Positions 51,056 to 61,544 of a stretch of 64,000 nucleotides of DNA are shown here, in pieces. Position numbers and translations under genes: made by a program. Below the pieces are notes generated by a model that had not been told where the DNA came from, did no database searches, and saw only the letters and a program-made list of their open reading frames with translations. Within the stretch, counting starts at the first letter, position 1, and the number at the start of each line of letters is the position of its first letter. This stretch comes from Ginglymostoma cirratum (taxonomy: Eukaryota), in NCBI GenBank assembly GCA_024137785.1, contig JAHRHZ010000070.1, forward strand, positions 12,964,570-13,028,569. The letters run 5' to 3'.

Positions 51056-54000
51056 GCGATGGCCTAGTAATGTTATCACTAGACTATCAATCCAGAAACT
51101 CAGCTAATGTTCTGGGGACCCAGGTTCAAATCCCGCCATGGCAGATGGTGGAACTTGAATTCAAAAAACAAAACTCTGGAATTAAGAATCTACTGATCAC
51201 AATGAGGTCATCATCGATTGTCAGAAAAACCCATCTGCTTCATTAATGCCCTTCAGGGAAGGAAATCTGCCATCCTCACCTGGTCTGGCCTACATGTGAC
51301 TCCAGACCCACAGCAATGTGGTTGACTCTCAATTGCCCTCTGAAATGGCCGAGCAAGCCACTCAGTTGTACCAATTGCTACAAAACCTCAAAGAAATGAA
51401 ACCGGATGGATTACCTGGCGTTGACATAGGCACTGAGAAAGACAATGGCAGAAACAGCCCTGTCGACCCTGCAAAGTCCTCCTCACTAACAACTGGAGGT
51501 TAGTGCCAAAATTGGGAGAGCTGTCTCACACACTAGTTAAGCAACAGCCTGACATAGTCATACTCACCGAATCATACCTTACAGACAATGTCCCAGACAC
51601 CACCATCACAGTCCCTGGATACGTCCTGTCCCACCGGCAGGACAGACCCAGCAGAGGGGGCTGCACAGTGGTATACAGTCAGGAGGGTGTTGCTCTAGGA
51701 GTCCTCAAAATTGACTCCGCACCCCATGAAGTCTCAAGGCTTCAGGTTAAACATGGGCAAGGAAACGTCCTGCTGATTACCACACACTGTCCTCCCTCAG
51801 CTGATGAATCAGTACTCCTCCATGTTAAACAACACTTGGAGGAAGTACTGCGGATGGAAAGGGCACAAAATGTACACTGGGTGGGGGATTTCAATGTCCA
51901 CCACCAAGAGTTGCTCGGCAGCAGTACTACTGGGTCTGCAGCAGGTCATGAGGGAACCAAGAGGGAAAAACATACTTGACCTCATCCTTAGCAATCTGCC
52001 AGCTGCAGATGCATCTGTCTATGACAGTATCGGGAAGAGTGACCACCGCATAGTCCTTATGGAGACGTAGACCGCCTTCACATTGAGAACAACCTCCATC
52101 ATGTTTTGCGGCTTTATCACTGTGCTAAATGAGACAGATTTGGAACAGATCCAGCAACTCAAGACTGGGCATCCATGAGGTGCTGTGGGCCATCAACGGC
52201 AGCAGAAGTGTACTCCAGCACAATCTGTTACCTCATGGCCCAGCATATCCCCCACTCAACCATTACCATCAAGCCAAGGGATCAACCCTGGTTCAATGGG
52301 GACTTCAGGAGAGCATGCCAGGAGCAGCACCAGTCATACCTGAAGATGAGGTGTCAACCCGATGAAGTCACCAAACAGGACTACTTGCGTGGCAAACAGC
52401 GAAATGTTAGATAGAGCTAAGCGATCCCACAACCAAAAAGATCGGATCTAATCTCTGCAGTACCGCCACATCCAGTCGTGAATGGTGGTGGATGATTGAA
52501 CAACTCACTGGAGGACGAGGTTCTGCAGATATCCCCATCCTTAATGATGGAAGAGCCCAGCACATCAGTGCAAAAGATAAGGCTGAAGCTTTCACAGCAA
52601 TCTTCAGCCAGAAGTGCTGAGAGCATGATCCATCTCGGCCTCCTCCAGTGGACCCCAGCATCCCCAGTCTTCAACCAATTCAATTCACTTCACGTGATAT
52701 CAAGAAACAGTTGGAGACACTGGATACCGCAAAGGCTACAGGCCCTGACAACATTCTGGAAATAGTACCGAAGACTTGTGCTCCAGAACCTGCCACTCCC
52801 CGAGCTAAGCTGTCTCAGTACAACATTGGCATCTACCCGACAATGTGGAAAATTGCCCAAGTATGTCCTGTACATAAAAAGCAAGACAAATCCAGCCCAG
52901 CCAAATACCACCCCATCAGTCTACTCTCGATCATTAGTAAAGTGATGGAAGGTGTCATCAACACTGCTATCGAGAAGCACATGCTCAGAAATAACCTGCT
53001 CAGTGACGCCCAGTTTGGGTTCCACCAGGGCCACTCCGCTCCTGATCTCATTACAGCCTTGGTTCAAACATGGACAAAAGAGCTGAATTCCAGAGGTGAG
53101 GCTAGAGTGACAGCCCTTGACATCAACGTTGCATTTGACCAGATGTGGCAACAAGGAGCCCTAGCAAAATTGGTATCAATGGGTATCGGGGGCAAACTCT
53201 CTAGTGATTGGACTCATACCTGACACATAGGAAGATGGCTGGTTGTTGGATGTCAATCATCTCAGTTCCAGGGCATCTCGCAAGAGTTCCTCAGGGTAGT
53301 GTCCTCAGCCCAACCATCTTCAGCTGCTTCATCAAGGGCCTTCCCTCCATCATAAGGTCAGAAGTGGGGATGTTCATCAATGATTACACAAGGTTCAGCA
53401 CCATTTGCGATTCCTCAGATACTGAAGCAGTCCACGTTCAAATGCAACAATATCCAGGCTTGGCTGAAAAGTGGCAAATAACATTCATGCCACACAAATG
53501 CCTGGTTATGACTATCACCAATAAGAGACAATTTAACCACCGCTCCTTGGCATTCAGTGGTGTTATCATCACTGAATCCCCCACTATCAACGTCCTGGGG
53601 GTTATCATTGACCAGGAACTCAGCTAGACTCACCACATAAACACAGGGGCTACAAGAGCTGGTCACAGAGGCTTATAATACGATGGTGCGTAACTCACCT
53701 CCTGACTCCTCAAAGCCTGTACATCATCTATTAAGCACAAGTCAGGAGTGTGAAGGAATACTCCCCACTTGCCTGGATGAGTGCAGCTGCAAAAACACTC
53801 AAGAAGCTTGACACCATCCAGGACAAAACAACCCACTTGATTGGCACCACATCCACAAGCATTCATTCCCTCCACCACCGAAGCTCAGTAGCAGTAGTGT
53901 GTAGTATATACAAGATGCACTGTAGAAATTCACCAAAGATCCTCAGACAGCACCTTCCAAACCCACAAACGCTTCCATCGAGAAGGACAAGGGCAGCAGA

Positions 54001-54253
54001 TATATAGGAACACCACCACCTTCAAGTTCCCCTGTGAGCCACTCACCATCCTGACTTGGAAATATATCATTGTTGCTTCAGTGTCGCTGGGTCAAAATCC
54101 TGGAATTCCCTCCCTAATGGCATCGTGGGCCAACCCACAGCAGGTGGACTGTAGCAGTTCAAGAAGGCAGCTCACCACCACCTTCTTGAGGGCAACTAGG
54201 GATGGGCAATAAATGCTGGCCAGCCAGCAACGCCCACATCCCACAACTGAATA
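51056..54253 (+). mobile_element. Near full-length CR1/L2-group non-LTR retrotransposon (AP endonuclease + RT, disrupted) with a tRNA-like 5' head and no ORF1
   Basis: EN motifs PDIVILTESYL, GYVLSHRQDR..RGG, GDFNVHH, LDL, SDHRIV. RT motifs KATGPDNI, WKIAQVCPVHKK, YHPISLLS, QFGF, VPQGSVLSP, FINDY. B-box GGTTCAAATCC at 51123-51133. Several frameshifts and stops. Confidence 0.92.
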
Positions 54254-54627
54254 GGGATCAAAAGCGAACATTTGTTACTCATCCTTACTGTCTTTGAGTG
54301 ACTTGTTAGGCCATTTCAGAAAGGATTTCAGAGTCAACCAGATTGCTTTGAGTCTGTAGTCACACGTAAGACAGATTTCCTTCTCGAAAAGGCATCAGTG
54401 ATTTTTAAGACAACCATGGAAAACTTTACATTCGTCATTATTCGGACTAGCTTTCAATTCTAAATAGAGCTTATTAATTAGAGTTTCATCAGCTGCCATG
54501 GTGGAATTTAGAGATATGTTTGCAAAGCATTAGAGATAAAAGGTACTGCAGATGCTGGAGAATCCGAGATGACAAGCATGGGGCTGGATGAACACAGCAG
54601 GTCAAGCAGCATCATAGGAGCAGGAAA

Positions 54628-54663
54628 ACTTGACGTTTCGGGCCTAGACCCTTCATCAGAAAT
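54628..54663 (-). ncRNA. Minimal type I hammerhead ribozyme motif in the Penelope terminal repeat
   Basis: uuuCUGAUGAa-GGGUcuagGCCC-GAAAC-GUC-aag: catalytic core, stem II and palindromic ACGU stem III, as known for PLE hammerheads. Confidence 0.8.
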
Positions 54664-54931
54664 GGGGGAGGGGAAGAGGGTTCTGAAATAAATAGGGAGA
54701 GAGGGGGAGGCGGATAGAGGATGGATAGAGGAGAGGATAGGTGGAGAGGAGGCAGACAAGTCGAAGAGGCGGGGATGGAGCCAGTAAAGGTGAGTGTCGG
54801 TAGGGAGGTAGGGAGGAGATAGGTCAGTCCAGGGAGGACGGACAGGTCAAGGGGGCGGGATGATGTTAGTAGGTAGGAGATGGGGGTGGGGCTTGAGGTG
54901 GGAGGAGGGGATAGGTGAGAGGAAAAACAGG

Positions 54932-56635
54932 TTAGGGAGGTGGAGATGAGCTGGGCTGGTTTTGGGATGCGGTTGGGGGAGGGGAGATTTTGAAGCTTGT
55001 GAAATCCACATTGATACCATTGGGCTGCAGGGTTCCCAGGCTGAATATGATTTGCTGTTCCTGCAGCCTTCGGGTGGCATCACTGTGGCATTGCAGGAGG
55101 CCCAGGATGGACATGTCGTCTGAGGAATGGGAGGGGGAGTTGAAATGGTTCGTGACTGGGAGGTGCAGTTGTTTGTTGCGAACTGAGCGCAGGTGTTCTG
55201 CAAAGCGGTCCCCAGGCCTCCGCTTGGTTTCCCCGATGTAGAGGAGGCCACAACGGGTACAGCGGATGCGGTATACCACATTGGCAGATGTGCAGGTGAA
55301 CATCTGCCTGATGTGGAAAGTCTTCTTGGGGCCTGGGATTGGGGTGAGGGAGGAGGTGTGGGGGCAGGTGTAGCACTTCCTGCGGTTGCAGGGAAAAGTG
55401 CCGGGTGTGGTGGGGCTGGAGGGGAGTGTGGAGCGGACAAGGGAGTCGCAGAGGGAGTGGTCCCTCCGGAAGGCAGATAAGGGTGGGGAGGGAAAAATGT
55501 CTTTGGTGGTGGGGTCTGTTGGCAGATGGCGGAAGTGTCGGAGGATGATGCCTTGGATCCGGAGGTTGGTGGGGTGGTACGTGAGGACGAGGGAGATTCT
55601 TTTTTGGTTGTCATTGCGGGGACGGGGCGTGAGGGATGTGTTACGGGAAATGCGGGAGACACGGTCGAGGGCGTTCTCGACCACTGTCGGGGGGAAGTTG
55701 CGGTCCTTGAAGAATGAGGACATTTGAGATGTACGGGAGTGGAATGTCTCATCCTGGGAGCAGATGCGGCGGAGGCTAAGGAATTGGGAATAGGGGATGG
55801 CATTTTTGCAGGAAGGTGGGTGGGAGGAGGTGTATTCCAGGTAGCTGTGGGAGTCAGTGAGCTTGAAATGGACATCGGTTTCTTGGTGGTTACCCAAGAT
55901 GGAGACAGAGAGTTCCAGGAAGGAGAGAGAAGTGTTGGAGATGGTCCAGGTGAACTTCAGGTTGGGGTGGAAGGTGTTGGTGAAGTGGATGAACTGTTCG
56001 AGCTCCTCGTGGGAGCACGAGGCAGCGCCGATGCAGTCATCAATGTAACGGAGGAAGAGGTGGGGTTTAGGGCCAGTGTAGGTACGGAAGAGGGATTGTT
56101 CCACGTAACCTACAAAGAGGCAGGCATAGCTTGGGCCAATGCGGGTACCCATGGCCACCCCCTTTGTCTGTCGGAAGTGGGAGGAATTGAAAGAGAAGTT
56201 GTTGAGTGTGAGGGCTAGTTCGGCTAAACGGATGAGGGTGCCAGTGGATGGGGACTGGTCAGGCCTCTGGGACAGGAAGAAACGGAGGGCCTTTAGGCCA
56301 TCTGCTTGGGGAATGCAGGTGTATAGGGACTGGACGTCCATAGTAAAAATGAGGTGTTGGGGACAGGGGAATTGGAAGTTCTGGAGGAGGTGGAGGGCGT
56401 GGGTGGTGTCACGGACGTAGGTAGGGAGTTCCTGGACCAAGGGGGTGAAAATGGAGTCTAGGTAGGTGGAGATGAGTTCGGTGGGGCAGGAGCAGGCGGA
56501 GACAATGGGTCGACCAGGGCATTCAGGTTTGTGGATTTTGGGAAGGAGATAGACGCGGGCGGTGTGGGGTCGGGGAACGATGAGGTTGGAGGCGGTGGGT
56601 GGGAGGTCACCTGAGGTGATGAGTTTGTGGATGGT
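54932..56635 (-). CDS. Penelope-type reverse transcriptase + GIY-YIG endonuclease (N-terminally truncated, 568 codons including stop)
   Basis: Motifs LPKIHK..GRPIVS, TMDVQSLYT, QTKGVAMGT, FLRYIDD, and NVVYRIRC..CGLLYIGETKR..RFAEH. The frame stays open for 65 codons upstream of the called TTG start at 56440. Confidence 0.95.
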   Translation of the reverse strand, partial: TIHKLITSGDLPPTASNLIVPRPHTARVYLLPKIHKPECPGRPIVSACSCPTELISTYLDSIFTPLVQELPTYVRDTTHALHLLQNFQFPCPQHLIFTMDVQSLYTCIPQADGLKALRFFLSQRPDQSPSTGTLIRLAELALTLNNFSFNSSHFRQTKGVAMGTRIGPSYACLFVGYVEQSLFRTYTGPKPHLFLRYIDDCIGAASCSHEELEQFIHFTNTFHPNLKFTWTISNTSLSFLELSVSILGNHQETDVHFKLTDSHSYLEYTSSHPPSCKNAIPYSQFLSLRRICSQDETFHSRTSQMSSFFKDRNFPPTVVENALDRVSRISRNTSLTPRPRNDNQKRISLVLTYHPTNLRIQGIILRHFRHLPTDPTTKDIFPSPPLSAFRRDHSLCDSLVRSTLPSSPTTPGTFPCNRRKCYTCPHTSSLTPIPGPKKTFHIRQMFTCTSANVVYRIRCTRCGLLYIGETKRRPGDRFAEHLRSVRNKQLHLPVTNHFNSPSHSSDDMSILGLLQCHSDATRRLQEQQIIFSLGTLQPNGINVDFTSFKISPPPTASQNQPSSSPPP

Positions 56636-57248
56636 AGCATTAGCCTGAATCTCTGGATTACTAGTTCAGCAACATTATCACAACACCAGTGTCTTGCACC
56701 GAAAATTCAGAAAAGCATCTTTAGGATGGAGGCTTTGACATGCACGTTAAGTACTTGGCCATTTTCTAATCACCGCAGGACAAATGAGAATGAATTCAAA
56801 TCGGAATTCAAGAAAAACTTCTTGACTTGAAATGTAGGAACTCACTACTACTAACAGTGGTTGAGATAAGAGCAGAGTTTTACTTAAGGGGAATCCAGAT
56901 AAACATGAGGGATAAAAGGATGGAAGGATATGTTGACAGGATGAGATGAAGAGGGATGAAAGGAGGCTCCTTTAGAGCACAAACAATGATCGGTACGATA
57001 GAGTGGAGAAAGGTTGATGCATTAAATGAAATTAAGAAATTTCTTTTTTTGGAAGGGGAGGCCCAGTTAGAGTGATTTTCATCTTAACACCTGAAACCAA
57101 AAGAATATGCTTGGTGTATGGAAATTAATTCTGCCAATGACCGCTGGTTTGAAACTCTGTTATACAATTTGATCAAGCCTGTGGTGGGCTCCGAAAGCTG
57201 AAGTTTCCGTAGTGTAAGGGAAAGGGACAGCCACGGTCCATTTTATAA

Positions 57249-58132
57249 TCCTGATGTGGAGGTGCTGGTGTTGGACTGGGGTCAGAAATCACATAACACC
57301 ATTGTTGAGGATGTACTAAACAAACCTTAGATGCTGTTAATTCTTTAATCAGTTAGAAGGTTTTAATTGATTAATGTATATATGTAAATCCCTGAATTCC
57401 TTTCAAGTTACGGTCCTGAGAGAACTGAAGGCTTTATCAGTGTAAAGAAGAGGTGACATTTTAGGTCAGACAATGCATGTTGGATGTGAGATCTTGTTCA
57501 GAATCTGCCTGTGTCTTAGTTTGGAGTCAGTCCGGCTTTATCTCCAAAGCAGGAATTTATAAAATACCATGTTGACTGCCTGTCTATAAATTGTGTGCTT
57601 TTTGAACAAAATGAAATGTATCTGCAAATATAAATTTACCCCATAGACTGACTCAGACACACTCGCTCTAATCCTCCTCACACACACATACACGTGAATC
57701 TATGGGGTGAATTTAAAATTGCAGATACATTTTATTTTGTTCAAAAAGCACACAATTAATAGACAGTCAGTCATGGAGATAAAGCCGGTCTGACTCCAAA
57801 GTAAGACACAGGCAGATTCTAAACAAGGTCTCATACCAAACATGCATTTCTGGCTTAAAATGTCACCTCTTCTTTATACCGATAAAACCTTTCGCTCTCT
57901 CAGGACCGTGACTTGAAAGGAATTCAGAGACTTACATATATTTATTAATCAATTAAAACCTTCCAACTGATTAAACAGCATCTTGGGTTTGTTTAGTACA
58001 TCCTCATCAATGGTAGAACCTTTGATCTTTTACTTATAAATTCTGTGTCTGATACTACCTCTCTCACTAACACCTGAAGGAGGACCGAGGCTCCGAAAGC
58101 TTGTGTTTTCAAATAAATCTGCTCGACTATAG
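57249..58132. mobile_element. Second-family Penelope-type 3' region inserted as a long inverted duplication
   Basis: Arms 57299-57647 and 57699-58013 are reverse complements. Terminus cacctgaaggaggaccgaggctccgaaagcttgtg..aaataaa..gactata matches 27745-27830. Flanks ccattttataa / ccattttacaa. Confidence 0.8.
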
Positions 58133-59236
58133 CCATTTTACAACGCGCGAGTCATACAAGACATCAGCTCCCAAAACACACATTAAAACCCGGGGTCCTC
58201 TACTGGAAACTGTTTAAGACACCCGTCAATTTTAAATGCAAATACAGCTGACATTTGAAAGGCCCTGCTTGAAATTTTTCTTCTGTTTTTACAGCATACA
58301 CATTCTCGTATCTGAGAATGCACTTCAGGCATCATGAATGGAGTTTCATCCTCCTACTTGTAACTGTGCCTGCTGATCCCTGGGTGGCATCACAAATAAC
58401 AGAATCAATGCCTCTCTAACCCTTTTCTCTCGGCAAAAGCGTGATTTGCCAAGAGGTTGCGACCTCCATGCATAGGTCTTGATAACCATTTCTAACAGTC
58501 CATACAGTCTGTACGACTGTGTGAATATTGAAGCCGTTGTCTTTGTCATCATCATCAAATTCCTTCTTAATGCCAAAGACCGCTGTTAGGTTGCTTTTCT
58601 AAAGAAAAGTTCAAGTGATATGGGCAGGGCAAGTCTTTGCAACTGTGACTGATTGTACACAGCTAGGCTTTGCTGGGTGTGGGTCTATGCGTGAAGACAT
58701 GTGTGAGTGTGATCATTAAAGGAGATAGGATGGGGCTCAGCAATGGCATTCCACTTCATGCAACCAGTGTGCTAATACTCAGGCTCACAGATGAACAGTA
58801 GTTACTTAGGAGATCTGGAACTGCAAATATCAGTGCCAGTGGAACTAATAAGATGCCAAAGGAAAAAACTGATAGATTAATTTGCTTTGTAGTTTCTCTA
58901 ATGGATCAGTAGGCAGATTCATCAAGTCAGGTAGCATAAGACATGCAGAAAATTTCAGTCTGTGCAAACCAGTTGCTTTCAGCTGAATAGATATAGAACT
59001 GCAACAATTGGCCCTAAGTGTTCAAAATGAGGTGAGGAGACATAGGGGAAAATCTGCTATTGTTGGCATTCTTTGTTGGTGTCCAATGTTTCAGCACAGA
59101 TCGGAAAAATGCACTTGTGGAGATATCTTCGGGTGCAATCATGATTTTCCTGACAACAGATTGCCAGAACTCACTGTTAAACATTTGCATAGAATTTTCA
59201 TGACTTCAGCACACCCCAAAGCTATACAGCTAATGA

Positions 59237-59412
59237 CATAGATAGCAAGAATTGCAGATGCTGGAGTCAGAGGCAACACAGTGTGGAGTTGGAGGAACAC
59301 AGCAGGCCAGGCAGCATCAGAGGAGCAGGAAAATTCTAAAGAAGAGTCCCGACCCAAAACATCAACTTCCCTGCTCCTTTGATACTGCCTGGCCTGCTGT
59401 GTTCCTCCAGCT
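59237..59412. mobile_element. Fold-back Penelope terminal-repeat mini-insertion
   Basis: Inverted arms ggaggaacacagcaggccaggcagcatcagaggagcagg / cctgctcctttgatactgcctggcctgctgtgttcctcc. Direct repeat CAGCTAATGA at 59227-59236 and 59408-59417. Confidence 0.85.
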
Positions 59413-59454
59413 AATGAACTACTTCTGATATGAATTTAAGTCATGCTTATCATT

Positions 59455-59765
59455 TCATCACAACAGCAATGAGATAATCATTACAAAATTTGTTTTTTTT
59501 ACAAAGAAATGTTGATTGAGGGAAAAATATTGGTCAAAACATTGAGATGAATTCTTCAAAATAGTGTCTATCTACCTGGGATCTTTTATGTTCACCCACA
59601 AGAGGTAACGAGGATTCGGTTTCATCTAAGAAATAAACTTTCAAGTTTGCTCAATACTTGTTCAGCGCCGGGATGGACTGTCATTCTGGAATTTTGTAAT
59701 CAACTCTCTAGAACAGACCTTAAACCCACAACCTTTTGACTCTCCAGTAAATGCTACCAACTGAT
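59455..59765 (-). mobile_element. Deu-domain SINE, degenerate
   Basis: Homologous to 2690-2937 (ttcttcaaaatagtg..gggatcttttatgttcaccc..acccacaaccttttgactc). Confidence 0.65.
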
Positions 59766-61544
59766 CGATGCAAGGCTGATGACTGCCTGTGAAGCTGTAC
59801 TTCAGCAAGAAAACCAGAATATTCAAAATGAGTGAAGAAAGTGGAAAGATTGACTAGCCACAACAAAAATCCAACAAATGTAAATTTGATCCTCTTCTCT
59901 TTCCTTTAAATTCACTCACGTAAACCAAAAAAAAATGAATTAGATGGCAGAAAGTGGCAAATAACTCACAAAAACTAATGAATATGGAACAGCTTTAATC
60001 ATCCACCCCACAAGTTACGCTGCAACACGTGAAATATTTTCATGCTTAGAAAGCCCCTGCATGAAAACAGAATTACTGTCATGTTTGTGAAATTATACCT
60101 TATTTATTCATTTAAAAGGTGAAATAGTCAACATTATAAATCATCACACTCTCTTTATATTCATAGAACAAATATATTACACAGAAATAAGTCTGAGTTT
60201 CATGTCACACCTGAAAAAAAAATTAGCACATCAATCATGAAGATAAAATATTTTGTGTAAATCGCACCACTTCTCAAAACTCACACTGATTCCTTACTAT
60301 ACATCATTTTGTCCCCTTTTTACCATATAGTCAATTTTCTGGTATTTTTTGGTTCACGAAATAGGAAATGTACCAGGTACACACTTCATCTCATTTGTAC
60401 AACATTGGGGATCTTCTTTGTGGATCATTGCCTTGACATAGTGGAAATGGTTTGTGTGCTCCAATGATCCTTTAAGCAAAACTGTTGGGAGCACCTTGCC
60501 CCTACCTTGGCCATCCACGGAGGCAAGGGCTGGGAGTATAAAGGAGGTGCCAGACAAAGTATGGTCCAAAAAAATTCTCAATGATAGAACAGGCAAAGGA
60601 AAACTGCGTTTCTCACCAGCTGTGAAGGCAGAAGAAGACTGTAGTGGCATAGTAGTCCCGGTCAATTTGGCTCAACATAATCATCAATCTGTCATGGATC
60701 ATGCAACCAGTGGCAATGTTCCAAGCTCCCTTTATTAAATGAAATCATGTACAGGTTTCTATCAGGGTGTGTTTATCAGGTTCTGAGGTGATGGAGAACC
60801 AGCGACAGTGACAGGGACAGGGTTATGGCTGGGGGAGAACAGAGTCAAGAATGTATCCACAGACAACAGATGCATGAACGTCATTAGACATTTTGGTTGG
60901 GACAGGGATGCCTTTGGCCAACAACATCTGTGACTGATCAGCTGTTGCTCAAATACTATGGCCTTAAGAGGTATATTTTGTCCTTTTTTAAAAAATTTGG
61001 AACAGTAGATGCAATTTAAATGGCAGGGTTGGGGGTGGGGAGGGGTGGGGGTCCCTCAAAACCAGGATTTTCAGTTTAAGCTTCCTAAAGTTGTTGTGTT
61101 CTTGAAGCTGGATGCGGAAGCTCTTATTCCTCTCTCTGTTACAGCTAAAAGCCAGGGTTTTCTTCCTGCTGCTAGAATTGCACATGAATCAATCTATTTT
61201 ACTGAATTTGCCTTTGCCAAGGGTGTGTTAATGGGATGTTGCTACACTGTAACAGTTACACATAAAATAACTTTATTAAGTCAATTCTTTTATTTCTATT
61301 TTGTCTGTATTTTAACTGTTGTGTAAAAATAAAATGTGTTTTGCTTAAAGTCGAGTAGTTTAAAATAGGCAAAAATTAGGATCTACGCTATCTTCTTAAT
61401 ATATTTTGAGGGGCTTAGTTTGGTCCATAACAATCATTTTCAAGATAACTTTTGCTTAATCTGGATGGAGAAGAGGCTAGAGAAGGTGCCTTAAAAATAG
61501 GTTTCTCTCTTGCTTAAAAACCACATTCAATGAGATCACCACCT

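Larger units (their letters stand above)
54534..56635 (-). mobile_element. Penelope-like retroelement, 5'-truncated and young, with 8-bp TSD AGCATTAG
   Basis: RT + GIY-YIG ORF, pyrimidine-rich 3' UTR and terminal repeat with a hammerhead core. AGCATTAG occurs at 54526-54533 and 56636-56643. The element interrupts a SINE. Confidence 0.95.
54262..56688 (-). mobile_element. Short tRNA-headed SINE (parts 56636-56688 and 54262-54533) split by the Penelope insertion; same head, body and tail as the 51-kb element
   Basis: Reverse complement reads ..gaactagtaatccagagattcaggctaatgct|..ccaccatggcagctgatg..gaaggaaatctg..gtgactacagac..ggttgactct..ctgaaatggcctaacaagtcactca, joined directly to the tail aaggatgagtaacaaatg. 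Confidence 0.8.

Noticed and set aside
54847-56420. Overlapping Pro/Ser-rich and antisense ORFs
   Set aside because: Shadow frames of the GC-rich Penelope ORF.
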